Positions 20,473 to 30,645 of a stretch of 64,000 nucleotides of DNA are shown here, piece after piece. Location: the NCBI GenBank assembly GCA_002432655.1, contig DJFZ01000018.1, positions 40,391 through 104,390 of the forward strand, given 5' to 3'. The stretch comes from Thiotrichaceae bacterium UBA5859. GTDB lineage: Bacteria; Pseudomonadota; Gammaproteobacteria; UBA5859. Numbering within the stretch: the first letter of the stretch is position 1; the number at the start of each line of letters is the position of its first letter. The notes under the pieces are model-generated. The model was not told where the DNA came from. It was given only the letters and a program-made list of their open reading frames with translations, and did not search any database. Made by a program: the position numbers and the translations under genes.

Positions 20473-21258
20473 TTGATGTATCTTCTCAATGCAATACTGT
20501 TTGTTATCTACCTAGCGGGTTCATCCTACCAATGGCTCCAAGGTGTGATTTTTAATCACACAGATTTCTATGCGGGGCATTGGCACTTCACATCCCATCT
20601 TTGGCATCTTAGCTTCATGCTGTATTGTGCTGTCGCGGTTTATCGTATCCACAGGCGAGGATCCGACGCTCGTTGGTGGATAGGTATAGATTCGTTGGCC
20701 GCCGTACTATGGGTCATGGGCGTACCATTTTTTGCCGTAATTTTAATTGATTTTCATCCCGCAGCGATTTTATACGGTTCGTTCATTAGCTGGAGTAAGC
20801 TAATTGATTTTTCTTCTGGGTTCGTTTGGTTATGTGCGCTCAAATTGTTTTTTAACGTACTCAATTTGATTTATTTTTATGCCCCAACTTTGTGGAAAAA
20901 TATGAATCAACAACCAATGCTTCATTTGCTTTGGTTGTTGCCTGCATTGATTATTAGTAGCTACCCAAACCTGATGAAACAAATAGCCAACAGGGAAACA
21001 GGACATTTTTACTCTCACGAATTAAAAACACGTGCTGAAGAGATGCTAGATGAAATCGATTGTGAAGAAGTGAGAAGATTAGTGGGTACTGTGGTAGAAA
21101 AAGAGATAGAGCAATTAACCGTTTCTATAGATTATCAGTATGATTGGACGACTATTTTATTAATAGACAAGACAGGGCATACCGGACAAGCTAAAAAAGA
21201 GAAGTATTATTGTGGGCCGCAATACTCTCCTGATCCAATGCTCATCAATGAACCATAA
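20473..21258 (+). CDS. hypothetical polytopic membrane protein
   Basis: There are several hydrophobic helices in the N-terminal two thirds. It is AT-rich by eye. I recognise no family. Confidence 0.4.
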   Translation: MMYLLNAILFVIYLAGSSYQWLQGVIFNHTDFYAGHWHFTSHLWHLSFMLYCAVAVYRIHRRGSDARWWIGIDSLAAVLWVMGVPFFAVILIDFHPAAILYGSFISWSKLIDFSSGFVWLCALKLFFNVLNLIYFYAPTLWKNMNQQPMLHLLWLLPALIISSYPNLMKQIANRETGHFYSHELKTRAEEMLDEIDCEEVRRLVGTVVEKEIEQLTVSIDYQYDWTTILLIDKTGHTGQAKKEKYYCGPQYSPDPMLINEP

Positions 21259-22066
21259 AAGTAGGGATTTGCATTTTTTCCATCATAAATTTCGTGGTGC
21301 CGCCAAACACAGCTTCAGTGAGCCGATGATGTGCATAACCACCTTGAATAATTAAATCTGCCTTCATATTGTTAGCTTCTTCGATAAGTGCTTTGCCAAT
21401 ATTACCTCTGACTTTAATTTGAGTGTAGTCCGCTTGAATTTTGTGAGCCGCCAAATAGTCTTCGATAGTTAATTCCATAGAGGATAATTCTTTGGGTTGG
21501 TTAATGGTGAGGATTTGACAGGATTTTGCCTTTTTAAGCAGAGGCATACTTTCTGCTAAGGCTCTAGTAGACCGATTCCCTCCGTCCCAGGCAAATAGAA
21601 GATGATCGCCCAATGTTTCTCTGTCGTAACTGGGTGGTACAAATATAACGGGTCGAGGAGAATGCAGTAAGAAATCTATAGGCGATGTGGTATCGGAAAA
21701 TTGTTCTTCTCGGGCAGCGACAATGTCACCCATGATAGTCAGATCAGCCAATCGGGAATTATGTACTAAGGCTTTTTCAATCGGTTCATGTGCCACTAGC
21801 ACTTGACTCTTTAAACGCAACCCAGCGGTCGCTTTTCGAAAATTGTCTTTAGTGGACTCGACCAATTTCTCAGCATGCTCGAAAGCAGTTTTGAGTGAAG
21901 AAGCGGGCAAGTATCCATCGATAGCCGCCGGTATAGAGAGCTCAGGGCGATTGACAAATCCTACTAACTCAGCGCGATGAGTTTTCGCAAGTAAAATAGC
22001 TAACTTTAATCGGCGATTGGCTATCTCCGAATCGTTAACGTGTACTAGTATTCTACCTAAGGACAT
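21245..22066 (-). CDS. universal stress protein (tandem UspA domains)
   Basis: There are two repeats of the Usp fold. The motif G.YAHHRL..A.FGGTT lies near the C-terminus. Confidence 0.75.
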   Translation of the reverse strand: MSLGRILVHVNDSEIANRRLKLAILLAKTHRAELVGFVNRPELSIPAAIDGYLPASSLKTAFEHAEKLVESTKDNFRKATAGLRLKSQVLVAHEPIEKALVHNSRLADLTIMGDIVAAREEQFSDTTSPIDFLLHSPRPVIFVPPSYDRETLGDHLLFAWDGGNRSTRALAESMPLLKKAKSCQILTINQPKELSSMELTIEDYLAAHKIQADYTQIKVRGNIGKALIEEANNMKADLIIQGGYAHHRLTEAVFGGTTKFMMEKMQIPTFMVH

Positions 22067-22350
22067 AATACTTTCTCGCTAAAGGTATTGGCGTAATTGA
22101 TTTGGCAATGGCTATGAATGTTCACCACCAGTACATCAGGCTTTCTAGTCCACACCGACATATATTTCTCAATCATACCATGGAGTGAGTGTGATGGATT
22201 ATTCGTTAAAGTTAAGTAAAATATGTTCATGACGCAATGATTTGTCTGATTGATATAGATTGCTCACCTATAAAAACGAACGCCCATCACTACAGATGAG
22301 AATAAAACAAGCGAAGTTGGGGTGTATCGTATCCTAGTGGCTTGCTTTTG

Positions 22351-22569
22351 TTAGGGGTCTAATCTCGGTTTATCTGTCTCCTCGCCCTCTGAAAATTGAT
22401 TTGTTTGGAGCGGATCTTCCTTTAGGGGCGTGTCTTCTTCCATCAAAATCCGATTGGCTGCACCTTTCAAATCGTCATACTGTCCTGAGCGAACAGCCCA
22501 GAGTAAAATAACCGCACAGATCGTGATAATAATAGACGATAGTGGAATCAATAAAAACAGGCTTTCCAT
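22351..22569 (-). CDS. ccoS: cbb3-type cytochrome oxidase maturation protein CcoS/FixS
   Basis: It is a single-TM protein of about 70 aa with W..RSGQYDDL motif. It lies immediately downstream of ccoI, overlapping by 1 nt. Confidence 0.7.
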   Translation of the reverse strand: MESLFLLIPLSSIIITICAVILLWAVRSGQYDDLKGAANRILMEEDTPLKEDPLQTNQFSEGEETDKPRLDP

Positions 22570-25037
22570 TAATCAGTTACTCTCTGTGATCTTAAACTTA
22601 GGCGTGCAGAATTGGCAACTACCAGCAAAGAACTTAGTGCCATGCCAATAGCCGCTTGCCATGGTTTCACTAGTCCAAAAGCGGCTATGGGTATGAGAGT
22701 GAAATTATAACAAAGTGCCCAAATCATATTTTCTCTTGCGGTGCGATTACTCTTCTTAGATAGTGATAAGATTTTTACTAACCCATCTAATTGGTTATTC
22801 AGAAGGATGAAGTCACTACTGATTTTTGCTAAAGAAGTACCTTGCTTCAGGCTGACGGAAATGTCGGCTGCTGCCAGTGCAAGAGAATCATTTGCACCAT
22901 CTCCGCACATCAACACGTACTCTCCCCGACGTTGCCTGTTTTTGATGTAAGATTGTTTCTGTTCCGGAGTACATTCAGCATGCCATTCGTCAAGCTCCAA
23001 ACATTTGGCCACTGCCATCACCGCAGATTGGTTATCACCACTTAGAAGGACGGTGTGAATGTGCTGCGCTTTCAGTGCGCTTATTGTGTCGATAGCATCG
23101 GCTCTGATGACATCCTTTAGTTGAAAGTGGCATATGATAGTGTCCTCAGTGGCCAGCCAAATCTGGGTTAAATCCCTTACAGCGTCATTGGCTAGAATCG
23201 TTGCGGCAAAAGCGGGATTTAAATTTCGGATCCACTCTGCTTTACCAAGATAGTATTTTTCCGTATTCACCACTGCCGAGATACCCGATCCTGGAAATGC
23301 TTGCCAATCGTCACAGATCCATTTGCACTGAATCTCTTTGAATGCATGGGCGATGGGATGTGCAGATTGCCTTTCCAGACAGGCGGCTATTTGTAAACAA
23401 TCATCTTTTGAAAAATCGTCATAGGTCTCACAGCAAAGTATATTATATCTTCCTTCGGTGAGTGTTCCTGTTTTATCAAATATAACCTGGGTTAACTGAT
23501 CGCACTGACGTAAAGCGGCCAAATCAACACACAGAATCTTTTCTTTTAGCAGTTTGAGTTGGCCAGCGACTTGCGCTGTTGGCCATGCCAGTGATAAGGC
23601 GCAAGGGCAGGCGACCACCAACACCGATAACATGATAGGCAACCACTCTTTTCCACTGATGATCAGATGGTATGCTGCGGTAAATAACGCCAGAAACAGC
23701 ACAAGGCCAATAAAGCCAGCGGCGATCTTATCCTGTACCCCAGTGTTTGCTTGCACAGACAATTGACTTTGATTCACCGCATTGATCAGTTTTTGCAGTT
23801 GGCTTTCTCGCGTGGTGGCAGAGACTTCGATAAATAGCTCACCATCCGTATTGAGGCTGCCTCCGATGACACAATCTCCCACTTCTGAGAGTACAGGAGT
23901 ACTTTCGCCAGTCATCAGACGGTTATCCACCCCAGAGCATCCTTGAACAATCTTGCCATCTACTGGAATCATTTCGCCCGGAAAAATTTGGATCCGATCA
24001 CCCTTCTTTAGAGTGATTGCTAGTACATCTTCCACAGAGTGATCTGATCTAAGTAGGTGGGCGATTGCCGGAATCTCAGTGCTCAGAAGTGATACTGACT
24101 GTAGCGTTTGGTAACTTAATCTAGCCTCTAAGTAACGGGCGATGAGTAAGAAAAAGACAAACATGGCTACTGCGTCGAAATAGAGTTCTACTTTCATCTG
24201 TAATAAATTGATACAACTGGCGCTGAACGCCAGAATCAGTGCCAAGCTGACACTTGAGTCCATGATTAGGTGACCGCGTTTTAATGCATGCCAACTGGCA
24301 GAAAAGAAAGGGTGTGCCGCGTAAGTTATTATGGGTAGACACAAGACAAGGCTGATGCCACCAATTAATAGTTGATAGTTAGTCTCGATCCCGGATGCCT
24401 GACCAAAATAGAGTGCCACGGCTAACATCATGATCTGTGCGCCGAATAGGCCAGCCACACCGACTCGGCTCAACAGATGTCTGGAGGATTCCAGTCTATC
24501 GATTTGGCTCTGTGTTGTGGTTGGCTTGGGTAAAAATCCCAAGCTAGATATAGCTTCAAGGAGTTTACCGATATCTGTTAGGAGGGGATCCCAAACTAGA
24601 TGGGCTTGATGTGAGACAAAATTGATTTGAAACTCTTTCACTCCTGGATATTTTTTGAAGTAGGATTCAAGTAACCAAATGCAGGCACTGCAATTGATAT
24701 TCTCGATAAAGAGCTCAGCATGAAGGTTGCCATCTTGATCTTTAGTGCTGAGTTGGTTTAACAGTTCATCATCATTGAATAACATGAAATTGCGCTGAGT
24801 GGGCTCTTCACTCAAAGAGACGGAATGGCTGGTACGAGTTTGGTAAAAATTTTCAAATCCCAGAGTATAGATGGTCTCACATACGGCGGCACAACCAACG
24901 CAACAAAAATGACGCACGTGCCCATGGATCTGGCGTTCTACCTTTACGGCACCATTGAGCCATTCTCCACAGTGAAAGCAGGGTTTTTGGGCGGCCTTAC
25001 GATCCTCGTGAGTTTTCAACGTGGGTGAGGTGCTCAT
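22569..25037 (-). CDS. ccoI: copper-translocating P1B-type ATPase CcoI/FixI
   Basis: HFCCVGC metal-binding site, CPC transmembrane motif, DKTGTLT phosphorylation site and GDGANDS are all present. The ORF list extends the ORF to 25157. I prefer the ATG at 25037 (MSTSPT..., preceded by GGGAGAG) because the extension overlaps a candidate FNR box. Confidence 0.8.
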   Translation of the reverse strand: MSTSPTLKTHEDRKAAQKPCFHCGEWLNGAVKVERQIHGHVRHFCCVGCAAVCETIYTLGFENFYQTRTSHSVSLSEEPTQRNFMLFNDDELLNQLSTKDQDGNLHAELFIENINCSACIWLLESYFKKYPGVKEFQINFVSHQAHLVWDPLLTDIGKLLEAISSLGFLPKPTTTQSQIDRLESSRHLLSRVGVAGLFGAQIMMLAVALYFGQASGIETNYQLLIGGISLVLCLPIITYAAHPFFSASWHALKRGHLIMDSSVSLALILAFSASCINLLQMKVELYFDAVAMFVFFLLIARYLEARLSYQTLQSVSLLSTEIPAIAHLLRSDHSVEDVLAITLKKGDRIQIFPGEMIPVDGKIVQGCSGVDNRLMTGESTPVLSEVGDCVIGGSLNTDGELFIEVSATTRESQLQKLINAVNQSQLSVQANTGVQDKIAAGFIGLVLFLALFTAAYHLIISGKEWLPIMLSVLVVACPCALSLAWPTAQVAGQLKLLKEKILCVDLAALRQCDQLTQVIFDKTGTLTEGRYNILCCETYDDFSKDDCLQIAACLERQSAHPIAHAFKEIQCKWICDDWQAFPGSGISAVVNTEKYYLGKAEWIRNLNPAFAATILANDAVRDLTQIWLATEDTIICHFQLKDVIRADAIDTISALKAQHIHTVLLSGDNQSAVMAVAKCLELDEWHAECTPEQKQSYIKNRQRRGEYVLMCGDGANDSLALAAADISVSLKQGTSLAKISSDFILLNNQLDGLVKILSLSKKSNRTARENMIWALCYNFTLIPIAAFGLVKPWQAAIGMALSSLLVVANSARLSLRSQRVTD

Positions 25038-25140
25038 CTCTCCCGATCGCTGAGGACATGAAGTATCTGTGGATAAAGGTTTCAACATAGTGAGGGCAAC
25101 AGGAAAGACAAGAATTTTATACCACCCATTCGCAATCTTA

Positions 25141-25154
25141 TTGACATAGATCAT
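25141..25154. promoter_or_regulatory. candidate FNR/Anr box TTGACATAGATCAT (core TTGA-N6-TCA) about 125 nt upstream of ccoN
   Basis: It matches 12/14 of TTGAT-N4-ATCAA. It lies in the divergent ccoI/ccoN intergenic region. An fnr gene is present in this window. Confidence 0.35.
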
Positions 25155-25276
25155 CAAAGAAGATTTGTCACTGTAGGATAATTTTTATTGAGGAGAGTGT
25201 TTCCTTAATCGTCTAGTTTTACCTACGGCTAAATCTTAGGAAGATTTAACTACAGATCAATCTTCGGGAAGTCAAA

Positions 25277-26692
25277 TTGAATCAGAGCGCGACGTATAAT
25301 GATAAAGTGGTCGCCCAATTTGCCTATGCCTCTGTACTATGGGGGATTGTGGGCATGGGCGTGGGCGTGTTACTTGCGGCACAATTAATTTGGCCTGAGC
25401 TCAATGGCGGTGTGCCCTGGCTTAGTTATGGCAGACTCAGGCCATTACATACGAATGCGGTGATTTTTGCGTTTGGTGGTAGTGTGCTCTTTTGCACTTC
25501 TTACTATATCGTTCAGCGAACCTGTCAGGTGAGGTTATTTAGTGACACACTGGCCGGCTTTACCTTTTGGGGATGGCAGTTGGTGATTGTGTCCGCGGCT
25601 ATTAGTTTGCCCCTGGGTATAACGAGTTCTAAGGAATACGCTGAACTGGAATGGCCAATTGATTTACTCATCACTGTAGTGTGGGTGGCCTATGCTATAG
25701 TTTTCCTGGGTACCATTTTCCAGCGTCGCGTGAAGCATATCTATGTAGCTAACTGGTTTTTTACTGCTTTCATATTGGCAGTGGCGGTGTTGCATTTAGT
25801 CAATAGCGCTGCGATGCCAGTGTCCGCTTTTAAATCTTACTCCATGTATTCTGGGGCCATAGATGCGATGATTCAATGGTGGTATGCACATAATGCCGTG
25901 GGCTTTTTCTTAACGGCAGGTTTCCTCGGTATTATGTATTATTTTGTTCCCAAGCAAGCCGGTAGACCCATTTACTCTTACCGTTTATCAGTCATCCATT
26001 TTTGGGCTCTAGTTGCCATTTACATCTGGGCTGGACCTCACCATTTGCACTACACCGCCTTGCCGGACTGGGCTCAATCCTTAGGTATGGTGTTTTCTCT
26101 GATGCTACTTGCCCCCTCATGGGGCGGGATGATCAACGGCATTATGACTCTATCGGGTGCGTGGCATAAGCTACGGGAAGATCCCATATTGAGATTTATG
26201 ATCGTCTCACTCTCATTTTACGGTATGTCTACTTTTGAAGGACCAATGATGTCTATCAAAACGGTTAATGCCCTATCCCATTATACAGAATGGACAATCG
26301 GCCACGTGCATTCTGGTGCACTTGGTTGGGTAGCTCTGATTAGTATTGGTGCCCTCTATTCACTGATCCCTCGTCTGTATGGCAAAAAATCCATGTACAG
26401 CACTAAACTAATAGAATGGCATTTTTGGATCTCTACCGTTGGTCTATTCCTATACATTCTCTCGATGTGGATCGGCGGTGTGATGCAAGGTCTGATGTGG
26501 CGATCAGTGAATGCAGATGGCACTTTGACCTATGCATTTATCGAGACGGTAGAGCGCATGCAGCCGTTCTATTTCATTCGTTTTCTTGGTGGTTTGTTAT
26601 TCTTATTTGGCATGTTGCTACTTGCTTACAATGTCTGGAAAACAGTGGCGAATGAACAACGTGCCACAGTCATGATCCCCAGTGCAGCTTAA
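25277..26692 (+). CDS. ccoN: cbb3-type cytochrome c oxidase subunit I
   Basis: Collinear with CcoN ([11 protein letters not shown]...WGIVGM). The start is a TTG preceded by GGGAAG. Confidence 0.95.
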   Translation: MNQSATYNDKVVAQFAYASVLWGIVGMGVGVLLAAQLIWPELNGGVPWLSYGRLRPLHTNAVIFAFGGSVLFCTSYYIVQRTCQVRLFSDTLAGFTFWGWQLVIVSAAISLPLGITSSKEYAELEWPIDLLITVVWVAYAIVFLGTIFQRRVKHIYVANWFFTAFILAVAVLHLVNSAAMPVSAFKSYSMYSGAIDAMIQWWYAHNAVGFFLTAGFLGIMYYFVPKQAGRPIYSYRLSVIHFWALVAIYIWAGPHHLHYTALPDWAQSLGMVFSLMLLAPSWGGMINGIMTLSGAWHKLREDPILRFMIVSLSFYGMSTFEGPMMSIKTVNALSHYTEWTIGHVHSGALGWVALISIGALYSLIPRLYGKKSMYSTKLIEWHFWISTVGLFLYILSMWIGGVMQGLMWRSVNADGTLTYAFIETVERMQPFYFIRFLGGLLFLFGMLLLAYNVWKTVANEQRATVMIPSAA

Positions 26693-26710
26693 TTCGTTGA
26701 AAGTAAACTC

Positions 26711-27316
26711 ATGACGCATGATAAAGTAGAAACCAATATTGGCTTGATGACGATCTTGGTCATTGCGGTTCTAAGCTTGGGCGGCTTGGCCGAAATTATT
26801 CCTCTGTTTTTTCTCAAATCAACCACTGAACCTGTTGCAGGTTTAAAACCCTATACTGCATTACAGCTGGAAGGTCGGGATATCTATATTCGTGAGGGTT
26901 GTGTCGGTTGCCATTCGCAAATGATTCGACCTTTACGTGCAGAAACTGCTCGTTATGGACACTATTCTGTTGCAGGTGAATTTGTCTATGAACATCCTTT
27001 TTTATGGGGTTCCAAACGCACCGGACCCGATCTGGCGAGAGTGGGTGGACGTTATAGCGATGAGTGGCATCGATTGCATTTAATTAACCCTCGGGATGTG
27101 GTGCCAGAATCCAATATGCCAGCCTATCCATGGCTGGCAGAGAAGGAACTGTCTGGTCAGAATACGGCGACAAAGATGCGCCGGCTCCAAATTCTTGGTG
27201 TGCCTTATAGTGCGGATGATGTGGCATCTGCTAGTAAGAACGTTCAAGGTAAAACTGAACTGGACGCCTTAGTAGCTTATTTACAGGTATTAGGTACGCA
27301 AGTGAAGGGGCAATAG
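26711..27316 (+). CDS. ccoO: cbb3-type cytochrome c oxidase subunit II (monoheme)
   Basis: One CVGCH heme motif and an N-terminal TM anchor are present. Confidence 0.9.
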   Translation: MTHDKVETNIGLMTILVIAVLSLGGLAEIIPLFFLKSTTEPVAGLKPYTALQLEGRDIYIREGCVGCHSQMIRPLRAETARYGHYSVAGEFVYEHPFLWGSKRTGPDLARVGGRYSDEWHRLHLINPRDVVPESNMPAYPWLAEKELSGQNTATKMRRLQILGVPYSADDVASASKNVQGKTELDALVAYLQVLGTQVKGQ

Positions 27317-27499
27317 ATGGGCGTAAGCTTAGTTCATTCAGTTTTTACGGTGATTTTAGTCATTCTATTTGTGGGCCTGGTGGTTTGGGCTTGGCGAAAA
27401 GAGCGTCGAACTGATTTCCAAGAGGCTGCAGGAATTGTGTTAACCGAGGACATCTGGCTTCATCAACAAGATGAAGAGCGAGACACACATAATGAGTGA
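27317..27499 (+). CDS. ccoQ: cbb3-type cytochrome c oxidase subunit CcoQ
   Basis: It is a 60-aa single-TM protein between ccoO and ccoP. Confidence 0.6.
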   Translation: MGVSLVHSVFTVILVILFVGLVVWAWRKERRTDFQEAAGIVLTEDIWLHQQDEERDTHNE

Positions 27500-28382
27500 C
27501 TTTTTTCATTGGTATATCATCGCGATTACAGTAGCTTCCATACTTGGCATGGTATGGCTAATTTGGTGGACCCGTAAGTTGCCTGCCAGTGAAGAGAGTA
27601 CGGAACATACTACCGGCCACGTATGGGATGAAGATATTGAAGAGGGTAATTATCCGCTTCCTCGCTGGTGGTTGGGTCTGTTTTATTTGACTATCATATT
27701 TTCTGTTATCTATTTAATTTTGTATCCGGGTTTAGGAAAGTTTCCCGGCTTGCTGAATTGGACCTCCAGCGAACGTTACGCTTCAGAGGTGGCTACGGCG
27801 GACAAAACGTTAACGCAACTATACGAGCAATACGATAAATTATCTTTGGCAGAATTAGGTGAACATGAAGCTGCGATGGGTACCGCAAAACGACTGTTTT
27901 TAAACTACTGTGGCCAATGTCACGGATCGGATGGCGCAGGACGGCCCGGTTTTCCCAATTTAAGAGATGACGATTGGTTGTATGGCGGTGATGAAATTGC
28001 GGTGATGAAAAGTATTGCCAAGGGCCGTCAGGGTATCATGCCCGCTATGGGCGCGGCCTTGGACTCTGCTGGGAGAGAGCAGTTAGTGGATTACATTTTA
28101 AAACTATCTGGCCAAGATCATGATACTGAATTGGCGGCTAAGGGTAGTCCATTATTTACTACTTACTGCGCAGGCTGTCATGGTATACAAGGAACAGGTA
28201 ATAGCATGATAGGGGCGCCGAATCTAACAGATTCGATTTGGCTGTATGGTGGCAATGTTGAGAGTGTTACAGACTCCATTGTCAATGGACGTAGCGGCAA
28301 TATGCCGGCTCACAATGATTTACTGAAAGAAGCACAAATTCGGCTACTCACTGCCTATTTGCTTCAAGGGCGTAGCCAATGA
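27492..28382 (+). CDS. ccoP: cbb3-type cytochrome c oxidase subunit III (diheme)
   Basis: Two heme-binding motifs are present (CGQCHG, CAGCHG). The ATG at 27492 (MSDFFHWYI, matching the MSxFW N-terminus of CcoP) overlaps the ccoQ stop. The ORF list starts at 27471. Confidence 0.9.
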   Translation: MSDFFHWYIIAITVASILGMVWLIWWTRKLPASEESTEHTTGHVWDEDIEEGNYPLPRWWLGLFYLTIIFSVIYLILYPGLGKFPGLLNWTSSERYASEVATADKTLTQLYEQYDKLSLAELGEHEAAMGTAKRLFLNYCGQCHGSDGAGRPGFPNLRDDDWLYGGDEIAVMKSIAKGRQGIMPAMGAALDSAGREQLVDYILKLSGQDHDTELAAKGSPLFTTYCAGCHGIQGTGNSMIGAPNLTDSIWLYGGNVESVTDSIVNGRSGNMPAHNDLLKEAQIRLLTAYLLQGRSQ

Positions 28383-28681
28383 ATCGTTGGTCTGCTTTAT
28401 CTTTCAAGGGATCCAAGGCAGAGCAGATTAAATGGCCAGTGGTATGGATGTCGATATTGTGGCCAAGTTTTTTAATGGCAGGGGTGCAGACGGTAGGTTT
28501 CTATCTCTATTTTGTGCCAGAGGAGTTATTCCCATGCGGTACTGAACATAACTTGTCTCAGTGTCGATTAAGTATCTACAGCGTCACTTTTTTCGTCGTT
28601 TGGTGTATGGATGCCATATTGGCAGCGGTGTGTAGTTATTTTCTATTGACAGGACTAGTTTCTACTGCAAATGATGGTTAA
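28379..28681 (+). CDS. hypothetical small membrane protein, translationally coupled (ATGA) to ccoP
   Basis: It is 100 aa with 2-3 hydrophobic helices. It sits between ccoP and ccoG, which usually has no gene. Confidence 0.35.
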   Translation: MNRWSALSFKGSKAEQIKWPVVWMSILWPSFLMAGVQTVGFYLYFVPEELFPCGTEHNLSQCRLSIYSVTFFVVWCMDAILAAVCSYFLLTGLVSTANDG

Positions 28682-28711
28682 CAGATTTCTAAATCTTATG
28701 AAGTTGTTGTT

Positions 28712-30124
28712 ATGTCTAAATCTACACAAACACAGGATGCCACAGGTGATCCCCTTTCCTTAGTCCAAAAGTCTCTATACGAGAAGCGGCAAAAGATCTA
28801 TCCGCGAGAAACCAATGGAATATTTTCTTCCGTTCGCCGAGCGATAGCATGTCTAATCATTGCAGGTTTTATTGGTCTTCCCTGGTTGCAGTGGCAAGGG
28901 CAGCAAGCATTCCTTATTGATTTACCAGGCCGAAAGTTTACTATTCTTTGGTGGACATTTTGGCCGCAAGATTTTATTTATGCGGCAGTATTAGCCATAC
29001 TTGCGGTTTTAGCGCTCTTTTTTTTCACAGCTTTAGCAGGGCGTCTTTGGTGCGGTTATAGCTGTCCTCAAACTGTATGGACCGAAGCTTTCATCTGGGT
29101 GGAGCGCTTGATAGAAGGCAGTCGGACGCAGCAAATAAAATTGGATAAGTCTGCCAATAACCTTAATAAAGTTGCAAAAAAAATATCGAAGCATCTGGTT
29201 TGGCTAGCCATTGCTGTATTAACCGGGTTTGCCTTCGCAGGTTATTTTACGCCGGTACGTGATCTTACTTTTCAACTCGTAGGGGGTGATCTCAGTTTTT
29301 GGCAAGGGTTTTGGCTGCTTTTTTACAGTGCGGCCACTTATGGAAATGCTGGTTGGATGCGCGAGCAAGTCTGTTTATATATGTGTCCCTATGCGCGCTT
29401 GCAAAGTGCTATGTTGGATCGTAATTCTTTGGTTATCTCCTATGATCCTAAACGAGGTGAACCACGAGGTGGCCGATCCCGTCAACAAGATCCAAAATCA
29501 CTCGCACTCGGCGAGTGTATAGATTGTACTCTCTGTGCCCAAGTGTGTCCCACAGGAATCGATATTAGAGACGGATTGCAATATCAATGTATCGGTTGTG
29601 CCGCCTGTATTGATGTTTGTAATCAAGTGATGGATAAGATGAATTACCCACGGGGCTTGATACGCTATACCACTGAGAATGCCTTAATGGGATTACCTTC
29701 ACAAATCTTGCGGCCTCGAATGATGATTTATGGTTTTCTATTAAGCGCGCTGTCGGTGGGATTACTGGCGGCGGTTGTATTGCGTGTGCCCTTGGAGCTC
29801 GATATTATCCGTGATAGAAACCTGCTCTATGTAGAGACAGTGCAGGGAGAGATAGAGAATGTCTATACCTTAAAAATTATTAACATGGATAAAGAGCAAC
29901 ATGAGTATCTACTGACAATAGAAGGATCTGATGGGATACGAGTCGCGCAAACTGACAACATCATAGTAAAAGCTGGGGAAATATTAGAATACCCGGTGCG
30001 GGTATCGATTCCTAAAAAGGCGATATCTAGTCGGAACCAGGCGCTCCATTTCCGCCTGCAGGCACTGGATCGCCCTCGATTAAGAGTGACTGAGGTAGGC
30101 CGATTTTTAGCGCCTAATGGATGA
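28712..30124 (+). CDS. ccoG: cbb3 oxidase accessory 4Fe-4S ferredoxin CcoG/FixG
   Basis: Two ferredoxin Cys clusters are present (CIDCTLCAQVCP, CIGCAACIDVC). N-terminal TM helices are present. Confidence 0.9.
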   Translation: MSKSTQTQDATGDPLSLVQKSLYEKRQKIYPRETNGIFSSVRRAIACLIIAGFIGLPWLQWQGQQAFLIDLPGRKFTILWWTFWPQDFIYAAVLAILAVLALFFFTALAGRLWCGYSCPQTVWTEAFIWVERLIEGSRTQQIKLDKSANNLNKVAKKISKHLVWLAIAVLTGFAFAGYFTPVRDLTFQLVGGDLSFWQGFWLLFYSAATYGNAGWMREQVCLYMCPYARLQSAMLDRNSLVISYDPKRGEPRGGRSRQQDPKSLALGECIDCTLCAQVCPTGIDIRDGLQYQCIGCAACIDVCNQVMDKMNYPRGLIRYTTENALMGLPSQILRPRMMIYGFLLSALSVGLLAAVVLRVPLELDIIRDRNLLYVETVQGEIENVYTLKIINMDKEQHEYLLTIEGSDGIRVAQTDNIIVKAGEILEYPVRVSIPKKAISSRNQALHFRLQALDRPRLRVTEVGRFLAPNG

Positions 30125-30645
30125 TGGGAGATCACGAACAAAAGCCTATAGAGCACCCGTTACGCAATCCTTTTGTATGGATGTTACTGTGTATATTAGG
30201 TTGGTCCGTGGTGAGCGGTTTGAGCATGATCTTAGTGGCGATAAAAACTAACGACGGTGTGGTCATAGATGACTACTACCGTCAGGGGCGTCTTATCAAT
30301 CGCCGCACCGAATTGGATCAACAGGCTGCCGATTATGGGTTGCGCGCAGAGCTGAGTATTCACGATAGCGCGACCGGCTTACAGTTGCATCAGGGTCAGC
30401 TCGTCAGCTATCCGCAACAGCTCCAGCTAACTCTATGGCATAGCACTATGTCTGGTCATGATCAAACCCAGCAACTGCTGCATCTCGGAGGCGGACACTA
30501 TTCACAACAGTTACCGCAGTCCCTGCGTCCTGGTAGATGGCATCTAGAATTAAAAACAGCTGAGTGGCGACTGGTGGGTGATATTCATGTACCGGATCAA
30601 ACTCAAGTGGAATTAAGTCCAAGTGCCATGGTTTTTTCCCAGTGA
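30121..30645 (+). CDS. ccoH: FixH/CcoH family protein
   Basis: It is a single-TM protein following ccoG with a 4-nt overlap. The N-terminus is FixH-like (NPFVWMLL...). Confidence 0.7.
   Translation: MMGDHEQKPIEHPLRNPFVWMLLCILGWSVVSGLSMILVAIKTNDGVVIDDYYRQGRLINRRTELDQQAADYGLRAELSIHDSATGLQLHQGQLVSYPQQLQLTLWHSTMSGHDQTQQLLHLGGGHYSQQLPQSLRPGRWHLELKTAEWRLVGDIHVPDQTQVELSPSAMVFSQ

Noticed and set aside
22569-25157. Longest ORF for ccoI, with a 40-residue N-terminal extension (MMIYVNKIANGWYKIL...)
   Set aside because: The extension overlaps the candidate FNR box and lacks an RBS. The ATG at 25037 has GGGAGAG upstream and gives a typical CcoI length. I kept 25037 as the start.
25241-25256. Second FNR-like half-site TTAACTACAGATCAAT just upstream of ccoN
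   Set aside because: Only the ATCAA half matches. It is about 25 nt from the start codon, which is too close for a -41.5 activator site.
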